Below are positions 1-10,519 of a stretch of DNA of 64,000 nucleotides, piece after piece. The translations under genes and the position numbers were made by a program. Position 1 is the first letter of the stretch, and each line of letters starts with the position of its first letter. The notes beneath the pieces were generated by a model. It was not told the origin of the DNA and searched no databases. It saw only the letters and a list, made by a program, of their open reading frames with translations. Source of the DNA: a virus (lineage: Duplodnaviria > Caudoviricetes). The DNA is taken from the IMG/VR virus record IMGVR_UViG_3300028048_000089, positions 51,329 to 115,328 of that record; one strand, written 5' to 3'.

Positions 1-3000
1 TCATAGAATGCATATGGAGACATTAAGTTTTCAGATTCAATTGCTTTAGCATTATCAATCTTGCAATTATAATAGAACTTATCGTTCTCAAGTGCTTCCA
101 TTAAATCTTCTGTAAGAGATTGCTCAGTAACAGATGAATTATTAACAGCATCAGCAAATTCTTTAAGTGCTAATTCTTTATTTAAACCAGAGATGAAATC
201 AAGAGTTCCAATTGTAAGTGTACCAGAAACACCATTATTCTCAATAGTCATTCTCGCTTGACCACTTGTACTTGTTCTATGTAATTCAATAATATTAATA
301 CCTTCATTTAGGGCAACTGGTGAACCATAAGTTTCATCCGTATTATAATGTTTACCATTATATGGACCAGTAGCAAATTTTACTTGTGCAGTAGAACCAC
401 CAGTCTTGAATAAATAAATCATAATAAGACCAAATTCATCACTACCATCTCTAGAAATTAATGGTAAATCAAATGTATAAGTAGTACCAGAAGTATCTTG
501 ACTATCTAATTTATATGTTGCATAACCTTCAAGATTTCTTAAAGGTGTTTGTGGCTCGTTATCCCCATCTAATGCAACTTCATAGCAATACATAGTTACT
601 GGATATGTAGGTACATTACCACTATCAGTTTTAACAGTAACAGAAGTATCAATTAAACCACCATCATTATGCATTTCTGTATTAAGATTAAAGTTTTGTC
701 CATTTGTATTTAAAATAACAGGATTACTAACTCCATCAAGAGTAAATGAAACTGATTGTCTTGTAGAAGTTGGTGTTTCAAGACCATCATTAATAATTTG
801 AGACTCATCTCTTGTTACATTAACATGTAGTCTTGTTCTTGCTTTCCATCCACCTTCCGAAATGGATAAATTATCAAGTGTTTCTGAAGGGTCACCATCA
901 AAACCATAATGAATAATTACATCATCAGGAACAGGAGTTAGTTCATTACTATTAATAACAAAGGAAGAGATTGAACTACCTTCTTTAACAGTAATACTAA
1001 GTGTATCATCTTCAGTTAATGTTAATATATTATTTTCAACGATTGTAAATGGAGTAGTAGAAGAGAAACTAAGTGTTTTCCACTTATCTTTTAATGCTAA
1101 CATACCCATTTCTAAAACATCAGATAAATCAACAACATCAGCAGTAATTGTTTCTAAATTTGTTAACTTTGAACTTATCTTTGTACCGCTACCTAAAGTA
1201 ACAAGTTGTGTTTCAGCTGCATCTGTATAGAAGAAGTATTCACCTTCTTTTAAGATTGCTTCACCGCCAGTTGTACTTGACCACTCATCACTTGTGAATA
1301 ATCTATTTGTAGAGTTATTTCTTAACCAATAACATTTAGTCTTTTTATTTAAAATTACTTTATTGACTTTAGAAATTTCAATAGATTCTTGAGCAGTTAA
1401 AGCCCAGAAAAATTCTGTTTGGTTATTATTTTTAGTATTAACCTGTTTAAAAGCACTTCTGTTGTAAATAGAGTAATCACTTGATTGATATGTATTTGGA
1501 GTTGCAAACAAATCAAAACCAACAGGTTTAATGATTTGGCCCTCTACATACATTTCACATTTCCATGTATCATTTTCAGTGAATCCCATATAAAGAATTT
1601 CACCTGCTTGTAATTGATAAATAGTATTTGCCTTAATAGGATTATTTACATCATGAATAGCACTAATAAATCTAAAATAACAATATGCAGGATAAGTTAA
1701 TTCAGTAATAACATTTGGAGCAATAAATTGAACTGCTTCATTCTTATATAACGGAGTAGTAACATTTGGTGTTAATGTTAAATTAAGGTCAGTTTTAATG
1801 CTCTTAACATGTTCATTAATCATGTTCTTGCCTGAAATTTCTTTTTGACCTAATTCAAATTCAAATCTATCATCATAATCAAATAGAGAAACATTGCCAT
1901 TTAAAATATTCTTTGCTAAAATATCAACATAGAAATCAGAACCATCAACAGAAACTAAAGGAACTTCTAAACCATTTCTCTTTAAAATATATGTAGTTAA
2001 TTCAGGTTCCATTAAACTCACATAATTAATTCTCTTATCTGCTTTTTGAATGCTTTCAACTAAAGAATCATAAGGAATTTCATAACCATAATCAACTCTT
2101 CTAGCATTAAAGTCTTCAATTAATTGATGAATGACATTTGTATCAATTTCAACAACTTCATAAGCATTAACTTTATAATTAGTTGTTAATCTACCATCTA
2201 AAGATAATTTATTCTTGATAGCATAAATATCATTTGCTTCTAAAGTTTTATAGTCATGAGAAATTGTTTTATTTTCTTCAATTGCTCTCTCAATTTCAGA
2301 TGTAACTGTTTTACCTGCAGGAGTTAATGGCAAGAATGAGTTGTCATACACTTCTATATCAGAGTATGAGAAAATTGGTGCTAATGGATAGCAACATAAT
2401 TGATAAGCATTTAATTTAGTTGCATCAGTAACATTAATTGTTGTTTCACCTAATTCATCATAAGAAACAACTCTCTTTGTATAGTTAATATCATTTCTTC
2501 TATCACTAACTTGAACATTAGAGACTAGCGGAAATACATCATCTGAATCATAAGCATTGTAAATAGCATTTGAATAATCCCTACAAGTTGTTAAAGTATT
2601 GAAAGTACCGATTGTCTTCTTGAAGTTATTATATGCTTCATTGATTGATTCAGGACTTGCACCATTAATTGTTGCACTGTAATTTCTAACATAAAGATTA
2701 TCTTCTGCATTTTCATCAGCACCTTTTAATGAATTCCAGCTATCAGAGGTGGTACTATCTAAAGCATTAATTGTGTTAGCAGAAACATTACCATTATAAC
2801 CATCAGTTAAGATATATCTCACATAGAGACCATTACCAATTAAAGATGCAATATCTTTTGGAAATTCAATGTAAGGAAGTTCTCTATTTGAATCATAACC
2901 AAATTTAAAACATCTAGTCATTGGTTCTACATCATTTAAAGTTTTTTCAACTCTCCAAAATTCACCTGTATATGGATATTCTAAAATAAAGACACCATTT

Positions 3001-3602
3001 TGAGCAACATTTGTTTCTGGGAAATAGATTCTATTATTATCATCTAAATTACTTAATTGAATAAGTGGTTTATTTTCATTTGTTGTAACATCACCACTTG
3101 TATTAACTTGTAATTCTCTTAAATAACCTTGCATGACAGGACATGTTTGAACATCATTTTGTTTACTTAAAGTACAATTTCTAGTTGCAATAAAAGAAAT
3201 AGCAGTATCTTCATCTTTGCTTGTAAATACTGTTTCTAAAGCAGGAAAAGTAATTGGGGTATCTAACTCACCAACATAAGTTAAAGTAAGATTTGTGGTA
3301 GCAGCTACAAAATATTTCATTGAGTACCCAAGCATACCACAAAGTTTTCTCATTGAAGAATCTTGAGTACAAGAAGTAATAAAATCTTCTAAGATATTTT
3401 TATCAATGTTATAATTTAATTTATCTCCAATAAAAGCAACAAGTTTAGTTAAAACAACACCTGGGTCTGATTCATTAGAAGTTTCAGGGTCCCATCTATT
3501 GGTAAGATTTTGAATTTCTCTTACTAATTCTGGATAAATAGTTGCAAAATCTTTATCTATGTAACTTTTATTTGAAATTCTTAATTCTTCATTTGTAATC
3601 AT
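1..3602 (-). CDS. Baseplate wedge protein (T4 gp6-like), runs off the left edge of the window
   Basis: Absent from the ORF track because no stop falls in the window. ATG at 3602 gives MITNEELRISNKSYIDKDFATIYPELV...SNESDPGVVLTKLVAFIGDKLNYNID, the typical gp6/baseplate-J N-terminus. It directly follows a gp25-like gene. Confidence 0.85.
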   Translation of the reverse strand, partial: MITNEELRISNKSYIDKDFATIYPELVREIQNLTNRWDPETSNESDPGVVLTKLVAFIGDKLNYNIDKNILEDFITSCTQDSSMRKLCGMLGYSMKYFVAATTNLTLTYVGELDTPITFPALETVFTSKDEDTAISFIATRNCTLSKQNDVQTCPVMQGYLRELQVNTSGDVTTNENKPLIQLSNLDDNNRIYFPETNVAQNGVFILEYPYTGEFWRVEKTLNDVEPMTRCFKFGYDSNRELPYIEFPKDIASLIGNGLYVRYILTDGYNGNVSANTINALDSTTSDSWNSLKGADENAEDNLYVRNYSATINGASPESINEAYNNFKKTIGTFNTLTTCRDYSNAIYNAYDSDDVFPLVSNVQVSDRRNDINYTKRVVSYDELGETTINVTDATKLNAYQLCCYPLAPIFSYSDIEVYDNSFLPLTPAGKTVTSEIERAIEENKTISHDYKTLEANDIYAIKNKLSLDGRLTTNYKVNAYEVVEIDTNVIHQLIEDFNARRVDYGYEIPYDSLVESIQKADKRINYVSLMEPELTTYILKRNGLEVPLVSVDGSDFYVDILAKNILNGNVSLFDYDDRFEFELGQKEISGKNMINEHVKSIKTDLNLTLTPNVTTPLYKNEAVQFIAPNVITELTYPAYCYFRFISAIHDVNNPIKANTIYQLQAGEILYMGFTENDTWKCEMYVEGQIIKPVGFDLFATPNTYQSSDYSIYNRSAFKQVNTKNNNQTEFFWALTAQESIEISKVNKVILNKKTKCYWLRNNSTNRLFTSDEWSSTTGGEAILKEGEYFFYTDAAETQLVTLGSGTKISSKLTNLETITADVVDLSDVLEMGMLALKDKWKTLSFSSTTPFTIVENNILTLTEDDTLSITVKEGSSISSFVINSNELTPVPDDVIIHYGFDGDPSETLDNLSISEGGWKARTRLHVNVTRDESQIINDGLETPTSTRQSVSFTLDGVSNPVILNTNGQNFNLNTEMHNDGGLIDTSVTVKTDSGNVPTYPVTMYCYEVALDGDNEPQTPLRNLEGYATYKLDSQDTSGTTYTFDLPLISRDGSDEFGLIMIYLFKTGGSTAQVKFATGPYNGKHYNTDETYGSPVALNEGINIIELHRTSTSGQARMTIENNGVSGTLTIGTLDFISGLNKELALKEFADAVNNSSVTEQSLTEDLMEALENDKFYYNCKIDNAKAIESENLMSPYAFY

Positions 3603-3608
3603 ATTCTA

Positions 3609-3983
3609 CTACCTTTCTTCATCTTTAAACAAAACAAGGTCATACATATTTGTTGTAAAGTCTAAATTATTAATTGCTTTAAATTTAATAATAACATCTT
3701 TTCCTTGTTGCTCAATTTTAATATCTTTTCTTTGAACAGTAATTTGAGGTGCAAATGCTAATAATTGAGTATATATTTCATCAATCAAAATATCTCTCAA
3801 CACATAATTATTTTGGTCAAATATAAATCTTTTCAACCTAATACCATAAAAAGGGTCTCCAAAAAGTTCACCCTTTTCGCATTGTAAAAGTAATCCAATA
3901 TCTTGAAGAGATGCTTTATTAGAATCTCTTTCAATATTAGTACTACATTGATTAAACATGTGTGGAAACTTAATTGAATTCAT
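3609..3983 (-). CDS. Baseplate wedge / sheath initiator (T4 gp25-like)
   Basis: KGELFGDPFYGIRLKRFIFD motif of the GPW/gp25 family; 124 aa; directly upstream of the gp6-like gene. Confidence 0.9.
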   Translation of the reverse strand: MNSIKFPHMFNQCSTNIERDSNKASLQDIGLLLQCEKGELFGDPFYGIRLKRFIFDQNNYVLRDILIDEIYTQLLAFAPQITVQRKDIKIEQQGKDVIIKFKAINNLDFTTNMYDLVLFKDEER

Positions 3984-4034
3984 ATAATTTTCATTTTAAA
4001 TTTTTAAAAATCTATCACTTAATTTAGCATCTTT

Positions 4035-4457
4035 TTATTTTAATCTATAGACATCCATTACAGATGAGGATGCTGTAATTGTTAATGGTACATTGCTTGT
4101 GTTACCTACTTTATCTATTGTAGTCGGAGATACAGAAATTCTTTGATTGTCTATAAGAACTTTGGTATATAACCCTACAGGACCAGTTATACCTATTGAA
4201 GCTGTTGATATGCCAATAAACTGAGAATAATTAGTTATATGAAATGCTCCATAATACTTTGTACCATTAATGGTCACATAAGATGAAAAGCTTTTTAAAT
4301 TAATAAAGTAAGTAACTCCATATTCTAAATCATATGTATCTGTATTTGTAGCTACTTTTGTGTAAGTAGAATCAGCTACTATAGTTTGATTATCTATGTA
4401 TTCTTTAATTGCTTCTAAAGAATGACCATCTAATAATTTATTTTCTATACTACCCAT
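4035..4457 (-). CDS. Hypothetical tail/baseplate-associated protein
   Basis: 140-aa ORF with an AGGAGG RBS inside the baseplate module; no recognised motif. Confidence 0.5.
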   Translation of the reverse strand: MGSIENKLLDGHSLEAIKEYIDNQTIVADSTYTKVATNTDTYDLEYGVTYFINLKSFSSYVTINGTKYYGAFHITNYSQFIGISTASIGITGPVGLYTKVLIDNQRISVSPTTIDKVGNTSNVPLTITASSSVMDVYRLK

Positions 4458-4471
4458 AATTACCTCCTATA

Positions 4472-6877
4472 TTATGAAACACTGCTAGTGCCATTTAATA
4501 TAGCTAATGCTTCTGCTTTTGTATATACACCGCTTAAAGTTCTATTACTTATTATTATAGTTGATGCATATAAACTACTTGCATGAAAAGAAGCAAAACT
4601 ATTTGTACTTACCCAATTTTGAGTTGCTATTTCCTCACCATCATAATAAGCACCACCACCACTAGTATCAATATAAAGAGGTCCACCACCAGTAAGTAAA
4701 TTTACATCACCATCATAGAAATTAAACCCTTGGAAATTTGTACCAGCTAATAAAAGCCCAATATTATTTCCATATATATCTTCTGCATAAAAACTATTTG
4801 TTCCAAGATTAACATCTTTTGAAGCACCAGAATATGGAACATAATTCTCTGCTATACTAGAAGAAGTAGCATATTCAGATAAATTCATATTAATGACAGA
4901 ACTATTACTAGCATTAGCTGTAAATGTACCGATAGTAGAACTATTTAATTGAATTGTTAATGTAGCATCATTAATTTGATTAACAGTTGCCACTTCATTA
5001 CCATTATAAGTAAATTGGCCTACTGTTGTTAGAGCAATACCTGACCTACCATATTTACTAGTATTATTTATTTCAAAATACCCTGCAGTACCAATACCAA
5101 ATGTTGTATATTCACCATCCCAATATAAATTAGCACCATCATTAGTATCTCCAATATAAACATTAGAAGTATTTACTTCATCAGCATAAATAGCAAAGAA
5201 TGGATTACTTCTATTACCAAGCATAGCATTATTTACACTTGGAATAATATTACCATAAAGACTTGTTGTGCCTGAAAGTAGAATATAATTATATAAGTCC
5301 GATTGTAATGCTAATACACCAGATTGACTTGGTAAAATAACCGATGCATTACTTGAGGTTGTAGAATTTGGTCCAAGAGTTGTGTAATGTTGGTTACTTC
5401 CATCACCTGTATAAAATAATATATGAGTAGATGAAGAAGATAAGCCTAAGTTAATAGCTTTATCAAAATCAACAAAACCAGTTGCATGAAGCATTCCAGT
5501 TGTTAATTTTTTATTACCTAAATCAACAGCTTTTGTTGCACCACTATAAGGTACATAATTTGAATATAAATCTTTAATTACACCATAAGTGCTAGAAGTA
5601 GCATATGGAACATGAATTTCACTTACATTAGAACTAGATGCAATACTTAAACCACTATTAAATCTTGGTTCATGGTAATAGTTTGACATAGCTATTTTAG
5701 AGTAATAATAATTATTACTACCTAAGTTATATACTTTTGCATATAATTCTTTATTAAATTCAACAAAATCTGGTGTGTATTCTGTTGCTGAAGATAAAAC
5801 TGAATAAGTTCTATTTATAAGGTCTTTTGCTAAGTTATAATAATCGCTATCAAATTTATAATTAGAATCAGGTCCAAATATCGGAGTATTGTTTAAATAT
5901 TTACCATAAATAGAGGTATTATAACCAACATCGGTATCTCCTAATTCTAATTGGTTTTCATCAGCATAATATTGAGGTGAAACAGCAATAGGAATTAAAT
6001 CCCTTGTACTTATAGTTAAAACCCCATTTTCATCTTTAAATCTAAAAGCATAGAAATAAGTATAAACTGTAGCTAAATAAAGATAATAATCAAACCCATC
6101 CATATGGACTATTTCTACTGGATAGCATTCTAAATCAAGTTCACTAAAGAATGGACCTCTAGGAATATCAATTTTAGTATCCATGGCGATAACAATGTCT
6201 CTAAAATCAGATGTTAATGTATATACTTCACCCTCAACACCTGCAACATCCTCATTTGAGAATGTATGAATTGACATCTTTTTATTTAAAATATTTTGTA
6301 AATCAGTTTGATTACTTAAAGTACCTTGAATATCTCCCCAATTAACTGAAGCAGGACTATAAACAATAGGATTACCAGTATTTGGAGTTAATGTTAAATT
6401 ATTGCCAGAGACAGAAGCACTAACAAGATAATTGTCAGGTTCACCACCACCTCCACCAGACGCACTGATGACATTATTTTCAATTGTGATATTATTACCA
6501 GGAATTAATGTATCTTGCTTAGAATCAAATTTTCTAAATGCACTTAAAATTTCGGAGTAATCAACATCTCCAATAGTTGTATTCTTAGGTAATCTAGCAC
6601 TATTTTGTACATCAAGAGATTCTAAATTAGCATGACCTCTTGGTTCATTTTCATTTAAAGATAATTTACCTAAAATAACAACTTTCTCTGCTTGATGCTC
6701 TTCAAAGCCAACATAAACAACATCTCCTACTCTATATTCTTCAGAGATTGCTGGATTATCTGAAAGAGTTGCTATAATTTTACCTGTCCTAATACCTGCA
6801 GACTCTAAATAAGGCACTCTAACAGCATAAGTATTTGAATTGATTATTCTTTCTAAAATAATTGCTTTTGTAATCAT
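4472..6877 (-). CDS. Baseplate central spike (gp5/gpV-like N-terminus) with a long fibre-like C-terminal extension
   Basis: N-terminal YAVRVP...YRVGDVVYVGFE...VVILGKL resembles the gp5/gpV OB-fold. The rest has fibre-type segments (KQDTLIPGNNITIENNVISA, WGDIQGTLSNQTDL, two YVPYSGA repeats). It follows the hub gene. Confidence 0.7.
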   Translation of the reverse strand: MITKAIILERIINSNTYAVRVPYLESAGIRTGKIIATLSDNPAISEEYRVGDVVYVGFEEHQAEKVVILGKLSLNENEPRGHANLESLDVQNSARLPKNTTIGDVDYSEILSAFRKFDSKQDTLIPGNNITIENNVISASGGGGGEPDNYLVSASVSGNNLTLTPNTGNPIVYSPASVNWGDIQGTLSNQTDLQNILNKKMSIHTFSNEDVAGVEGEVYTLTSDFRDIVIAMDTKIDIPRGPFFSELDLECYPVEIVHMDGFDYYLYLATVYTYFYAFRFKDENGVLTISTRDLIPIAVSPQYYADENQLELGDTDVGYNTSIYGKYLNNTPIFGPDSNYKFDSDYYNLAKDLINRTYSVLSSATEYTPDFVEFNKELYAKVYNLGSNNYYYSKIAMSNYYHEPRFNSGLSIASSSNVSEIHVPYATSSTYGVIKDLYSNYVPYSGATKAVDLGNKKLTTGMLHATGFVDFDKAINLGLSSSSTHILFYTGDGSNQHYTTLGPNSTTSSNASVILPSQSGVLALQSDLYNYILLSGTTSLYGNIIPSVNNAMLGNRSNPFFAIYADEVNTSNVYIGDTNDGANLYWDGEYTTFGIGTAGYFEINNTSKYGRSGIALTTVGQFTYNGNEVATVNQINDATLTIQLNSSTIGTFTANASNSSVINMNLSEYATSSSIAENYVPYSGASKDVNLGTNSFYAEDIYGNNIGLLLAGTNFQGFNFYDGDVNLLTGGGPLYIDTSGGGAYYDGEEIATQNWVSTNSFASFHASSLYASTIIISNRTLSGVYTKAEALAILNGTSSVS

Positions 6878-6886
6878 TCAACTCTC

Positions 6887-8167
6887 CTAGATAAGTTCAT
6901 CTAAGTCTTCTGCTTTATCAACTCTTAAAAGACTTAAAGTGGTTCTAAAACCATCATAGCCAACATTATCAACTTGCTTTGTAACAACATATAGACCAGA
7001 ACTAATATGTCTTCTTCCATAGAAATATACATTAAGTCTAATATGTGTCATAAGAATTGCAGGTCTTAATAAACCTTTAATAGTAATTTTTGCTTTAATT
7101 GGAAATTCTGTTACTTTTGTCCACCAACTCTTTTCTGCCTCAGTAGCAACTCTATAAGCATTTGAACTTCCTAAAATTGGTGCATATACTTCTTCTAATT
7201 CACCTCTATCATTAATTCTTTGTACATATTGGTCTGTATTTAATTTTTCATAGAAATTATAGAAAATTGTATAACCTTCATCATCTTCAACATCAAAACT
7301 TGTAACAATGTTTTGAGAAGGATAACCAATATCTAATTCATATGCTAAAGGCATATTTTTTGCATGTGTAACATAAACAATCTTAAAGAATGGTCCTTTA
7401 AATTTTCCACTAACATCATCTTCACATACTAATGAATACATACCATCTTTTGTCAAACTAGAAGATTTTGATGCCTTCATGATATTAACTAAGTATAATA
7501 AGTACTCAATTGGTGAAATATTTGTTCTTGCTTCAACATCAACTTCAACATCAGTTTCAGGAATAAGACCTTCTTGTTCAACTAAACTTTTATCACTCAT
7601 TCCATAAAAAACTTCTTGAAGTCCATAAGAACTATCATATAATAATTTTTTAATTAATGCACTTGCTTTATGTCTACCAACCCAGTCAGTACTTGTGAAA
7701 CTAAAAGCACCAACACTTAATAATTTACCTGTACTTACAGCACTAACAACATAATCAATTTTAGAAGATGATGCTGTCATTCTTTGTCTAACTTTAAGAA
7801 TAATTGCTTCTTCATCTCTATAACAGAAAGTAGGTGCAGATAAATCACCATAACTAAATTTAATTTTTCTTGTTTTACTAACACTACTAAAAACTTTATA
7901 GAAGAAGTTAGGGTCATCTGCTTCTGTCACAGGATAAGATAAATTTAAAGTATATTTATTGACTACACCATTAATCTTTTCAATTGTTAATGATTGAACA
8001 TAGTTTGGATATTTAATTTTATTGATTGTAAAAACACCACTAGCATCAAAACCATTAGTACTTACTTTATCATACACACCAAAAGTATATTTACCAATTG
8101 TGATTTTGATAAATGGAGTTTCAACTCTACTTGTATTTGATAATAAGTTAATTGGTTTTGTTGCCAT
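6887..8167 (-). CDS. Baseplate hub protein (T4 gp27 / late control D-like)
   Basis: 426 aa; C-terminal SGLYVVTKQVDNVGYDGFRTTLSLLR is typical of hub proteins; lies between LysM-like and spike genes. Confidence 0.7.
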   Translation of the reverse strand: MATKPINLLSNTSRVETPFIKITIGKYTFGVYDKVSTNGFDASGVFTINKIKYPNYVQSLTIEKINGVVNKYTLNLSYPVTEADDPNFFYKVFSSVSKTRKIKFSYGDLSAPTFCYRDEEAIILKVRQRMTASSSKIDYVVSAVSTGKLLSVGAFSFTSTDWVGRHKASALIKKLLYDSSYGLQEVFYGMSDKSLVEQEGLIPETDVEVDVEARTNISPIEYLLYLVNIMKASKSSSLTKDGMYSLVCEDDVSGKFKGPFFKIVYVTHAKNMPLAYELDIGYPSQNIVTSFDVEDDEGYTIFYNFYEKLNTDQYVQRINDRGELEEVYAPILGSSNAYRVATEAEKSWWTKVTEFPIKAKITIKGLLRPAILMTHIRLNVYFYGRRHISSGLYVVTKQVDNVGYDGFRTTLSLLRVDKAEDLDELI

Positions 8168-8178
8168 TTAGTTTTCCT

Positions 8179-8502
8179 TTACACTTGTTTGAATGTGATA
8201 TTACTTAAAGACGGAACTTTAAGTGTTTTATATTTACCAAATAATTTGATAAATGGGTCTTGAATCTTATTATAGTCAGCAATAATCCAGAATAAGTCTG
8301 GTCTACCATAATAATGTTCTGCTAATGAATCTAAAGTGTCTGATTCTTTAATTTTATGAAGAACAAATGTTACATTGTCATCTAATTGAGAAGTAATACC
8401 ATAGATATATTTTTTATCTTTAGAATGATAATAGAATGGAAAGGCTGCATATCTAGAAATATAAGGATATGATTTTTTTGATTTATCTTTTAATACATCC
8501 AT
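8179..8502 (-). CDS. LysM-like baseplate protein (T4 gp53 / P2 gpX-like)
   Basis: HKIKESDTLDSLAEHYYGRPDLFWIIADYNKIQDP motif. Confidence 0.85.
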   Translation of the reverse strand: MDVLKDKSKKSYPYISRYAAFPFYYHSKDKKYIYGITSQLDDNVTFVLHKIKESDTLDSLAEHYYGRPDLFWIIADYNKIQDPFIKLFGKYKTLKVPSLSNITFKQV

Positions 8503-8511
8503 AATAGTCTC

Positions 8512-9084
8512 CTATTCAAACTTCTCTCTAAATGCTCTTGTAACACCTCTAAATGAACCTTCTTTTGCAACACTAACTGCATCATATGGTTCAACTTCAT
8601 AGACACTAAAGTTAAGAACTACTTGAGCATATCTATCATCATCTAAAATTGGTTTTTGATATTCAATAGAGACACCGCTATTGACAACACCTTTAATGAA
8701 GATGTCTTTACCAAATTTAATAGCAATCATTGGAGGAACAACACTCTTATTTGTTGCTTGATATTTAGGTAAAGCAATTGCCTGTAACTTTCTAATTAAA
8801 GACTCAACGAAATCTTCACCATCTTCAAGTCCCCATTTAGCAAAGTCAATGTTCATATCTTGCACCATATCTCTATGAAGATGTAATTGAACTTGAACTT
8901 CTCTAGGACCACTGTGACTATAAGTGAAGACAGGTGCAGTTCTACTTAATGCATTTTGAGAAGCAAAATTTGAACCCATCTTGTCCATTACTGAATCAGG
9001 CCATTCAGGTAATAATAACCACTCATCTGTGTGATATAAGTATAAAACATTTGTAATTGTTGGAGTTGTTGCATTACTAGGCAT
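8512..9084 (-). CDS. Tail tube initiator / baseplate-tube junction protein (gp48/gp54-like)
   Basis: SRTAPVFTYSHSGPREV and PPMIAIKFG motifs; position between tape measure and LysM genes. Start moved to ATG 9084, which has a GGAGG RBS. Confidence 0.6.
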   Translation of the reverse strand: MPSNATTPTITNVLYLYHTDEWLLLPEWPDSVMDKMGSNFASQNALSRTAPVFTYSHSGPREVQVQLHLHRDMVQDMNIDFAKWGLEDGEDFVESLIRKLQAIALPKYQATNKSVVPPMIAIKFGKDIFIKGVVNSGVSIEYQKPILDDDRYAQVVLNFSVYEVEPYDAVSVAKEGSFRGVTRAFREKFE

Positions 9085-10510
9085 AAATACCTCCCAAAGC
9101 ATCTAATACTCTTAATGCTTTTACTTCTCTAGAAGACTTATCTACTTTGTTATCAAGTTCATTTTTAAGTGATTGTAAGATACTTTCAACATCTTTATCC
9201 ACATAACATAATAAGTCTTTGTAAATATCTCTATACATGAAATCACCATCATGACCATGTGTTGAAATATATTTATAAATCCACTTGTTAATATCTTCTG
9301 ACCATTTACCATAGATATCAAATGTGAAGTCTTTATCATAACCAGCAATTAAGATTTGAACTCTCTTAATATTGCTAATAATTTCATCAATATGTGTAAT
9401 TACATTATCAGATAAATATTCTCTTAATCTATCAGATAATAAATATTTTTCATGTGTTTGATATGCAAGTAATTTAAGTCTTGTTAAATAATCATAGTTG
9501 CCAACGGCATTTACAACTGGAGATACCCAATTATCACCATCGCTAAACAAGACAGTAAATTGATGGTTTACTTCACTATAGTCACAACTATCAACTAAAA
9601 CGGAATCTGCTTTCTCCGTGTCAATATCATTGAAAAACCAAGTATGTGTATCACCATTCACATAAACACCACCAGGTATGTGTTCAAAGAATGCATTTCC
9701 TAAATACTCACCATCTTCAGTTACAATAACATCAGAGTTCTTTCTATAATCACCTTCTAACAATACAATGTTATCAGTATATGATGTAGGAAGAATTATA
9801 AATAATTTTAAGTTATCTTCTTGTTTAATTTGTTCTTCTTCAGTTAATTCAGGTGAATGTAACAACACAGGTTTACTAAATGTTAATCCTGCATCATAAG
9901 TAACAAATGTTTTTGCTTCAATACTATCTGAAGAAGTTGAAGGTTTATCTGTCATTTGAATATATTTATTGTGAGAATAAAACCCATAAAACATTGAAAT
10001 ACTATTTTGATATTCAAGAGACAATGTGTAATCAGTATTTGCTCTCACAGGAATCATAAAGATATGATAATCAGCATTTGTTGTAACTACATAATTACTA
10101 GTAGCATCTGCATAAATCTCAATATCAATGTTAGAAGCAGATTGATTACTAAAGCAATTATACATAGGCATTAAATTTAAACCTAAATAATCTTTAATAA
10201 ATCTTAAATATTTACCAAGATATTCATGAGTATATGAATCATAGTAATTATTTCTAATTTCAAGATGTTTAGTAAGATTTAAAACTTCATCATCATATTT
10301 ATAATCACAAACTTTTTTATAGCCAGTAACTTTATTAGTACCATCAACAGAAGTAGCAATACGAATCTCTTCAAAATCTCTATCTATATAATATTCACCA
10401 ACATAAAATTTACTATCATCTTTCTTAACTTTACATGTAGGTAAATTGAAAGAATGAAGCAATTCTTTTATATGACCAACATATATATTATTATCATTAA
10501 ATTTAATCAT
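9077..10510 (-). CDS. Hypothetical virion (baseplate-region) protein
   Basis: 477-aa ORF coupled to the tape measure and tube-initiator genes. Confidence 0.5.
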   Translation of the reverse strand: MIKFNDNNIYVGHIKELLHSFNLPTCKVKKDDSKFYVGEYYIDRDFEEIRIATSVDGTNKVTGYKKVCDYKYDDEVLNLTKHLEIRNNYYDSYTHEYLGKYLRFIKDYLGLNLMPMYNCFSNQSASNIDIEIYADATSNYVVTTNADYHIFMIPVRANTDYTLSLEYQNSISMFYGFYSHNKYIQMTDKPSTSSDSIEAKTFVTYDAGLTFSKPVLLHSPELTEEEQIKQEDNLKLFIILPTSYTDNIVLLEGDYRKNSDVIVTEDGEYLGNAFFEHIPGGVYVNGDTHTWFFNDIDTEKADSVLVDSCDYSEVNHQFTVLFSDGDNWVSPVVNAVGNYDYLTRLKLLAYQTHEKYLLSDRLREYLSDNVITHIDEIISNIKRVQILIAGYDKDFTFDIYGKWSEDINKWIYKYISTHGHDGDFMYRDIYKDLLCYVDKDVESILQSLKNELDNKVDKSSREVKALRVLDALGGIYA

Positions 10511-10519
10511 ATCAATCTC

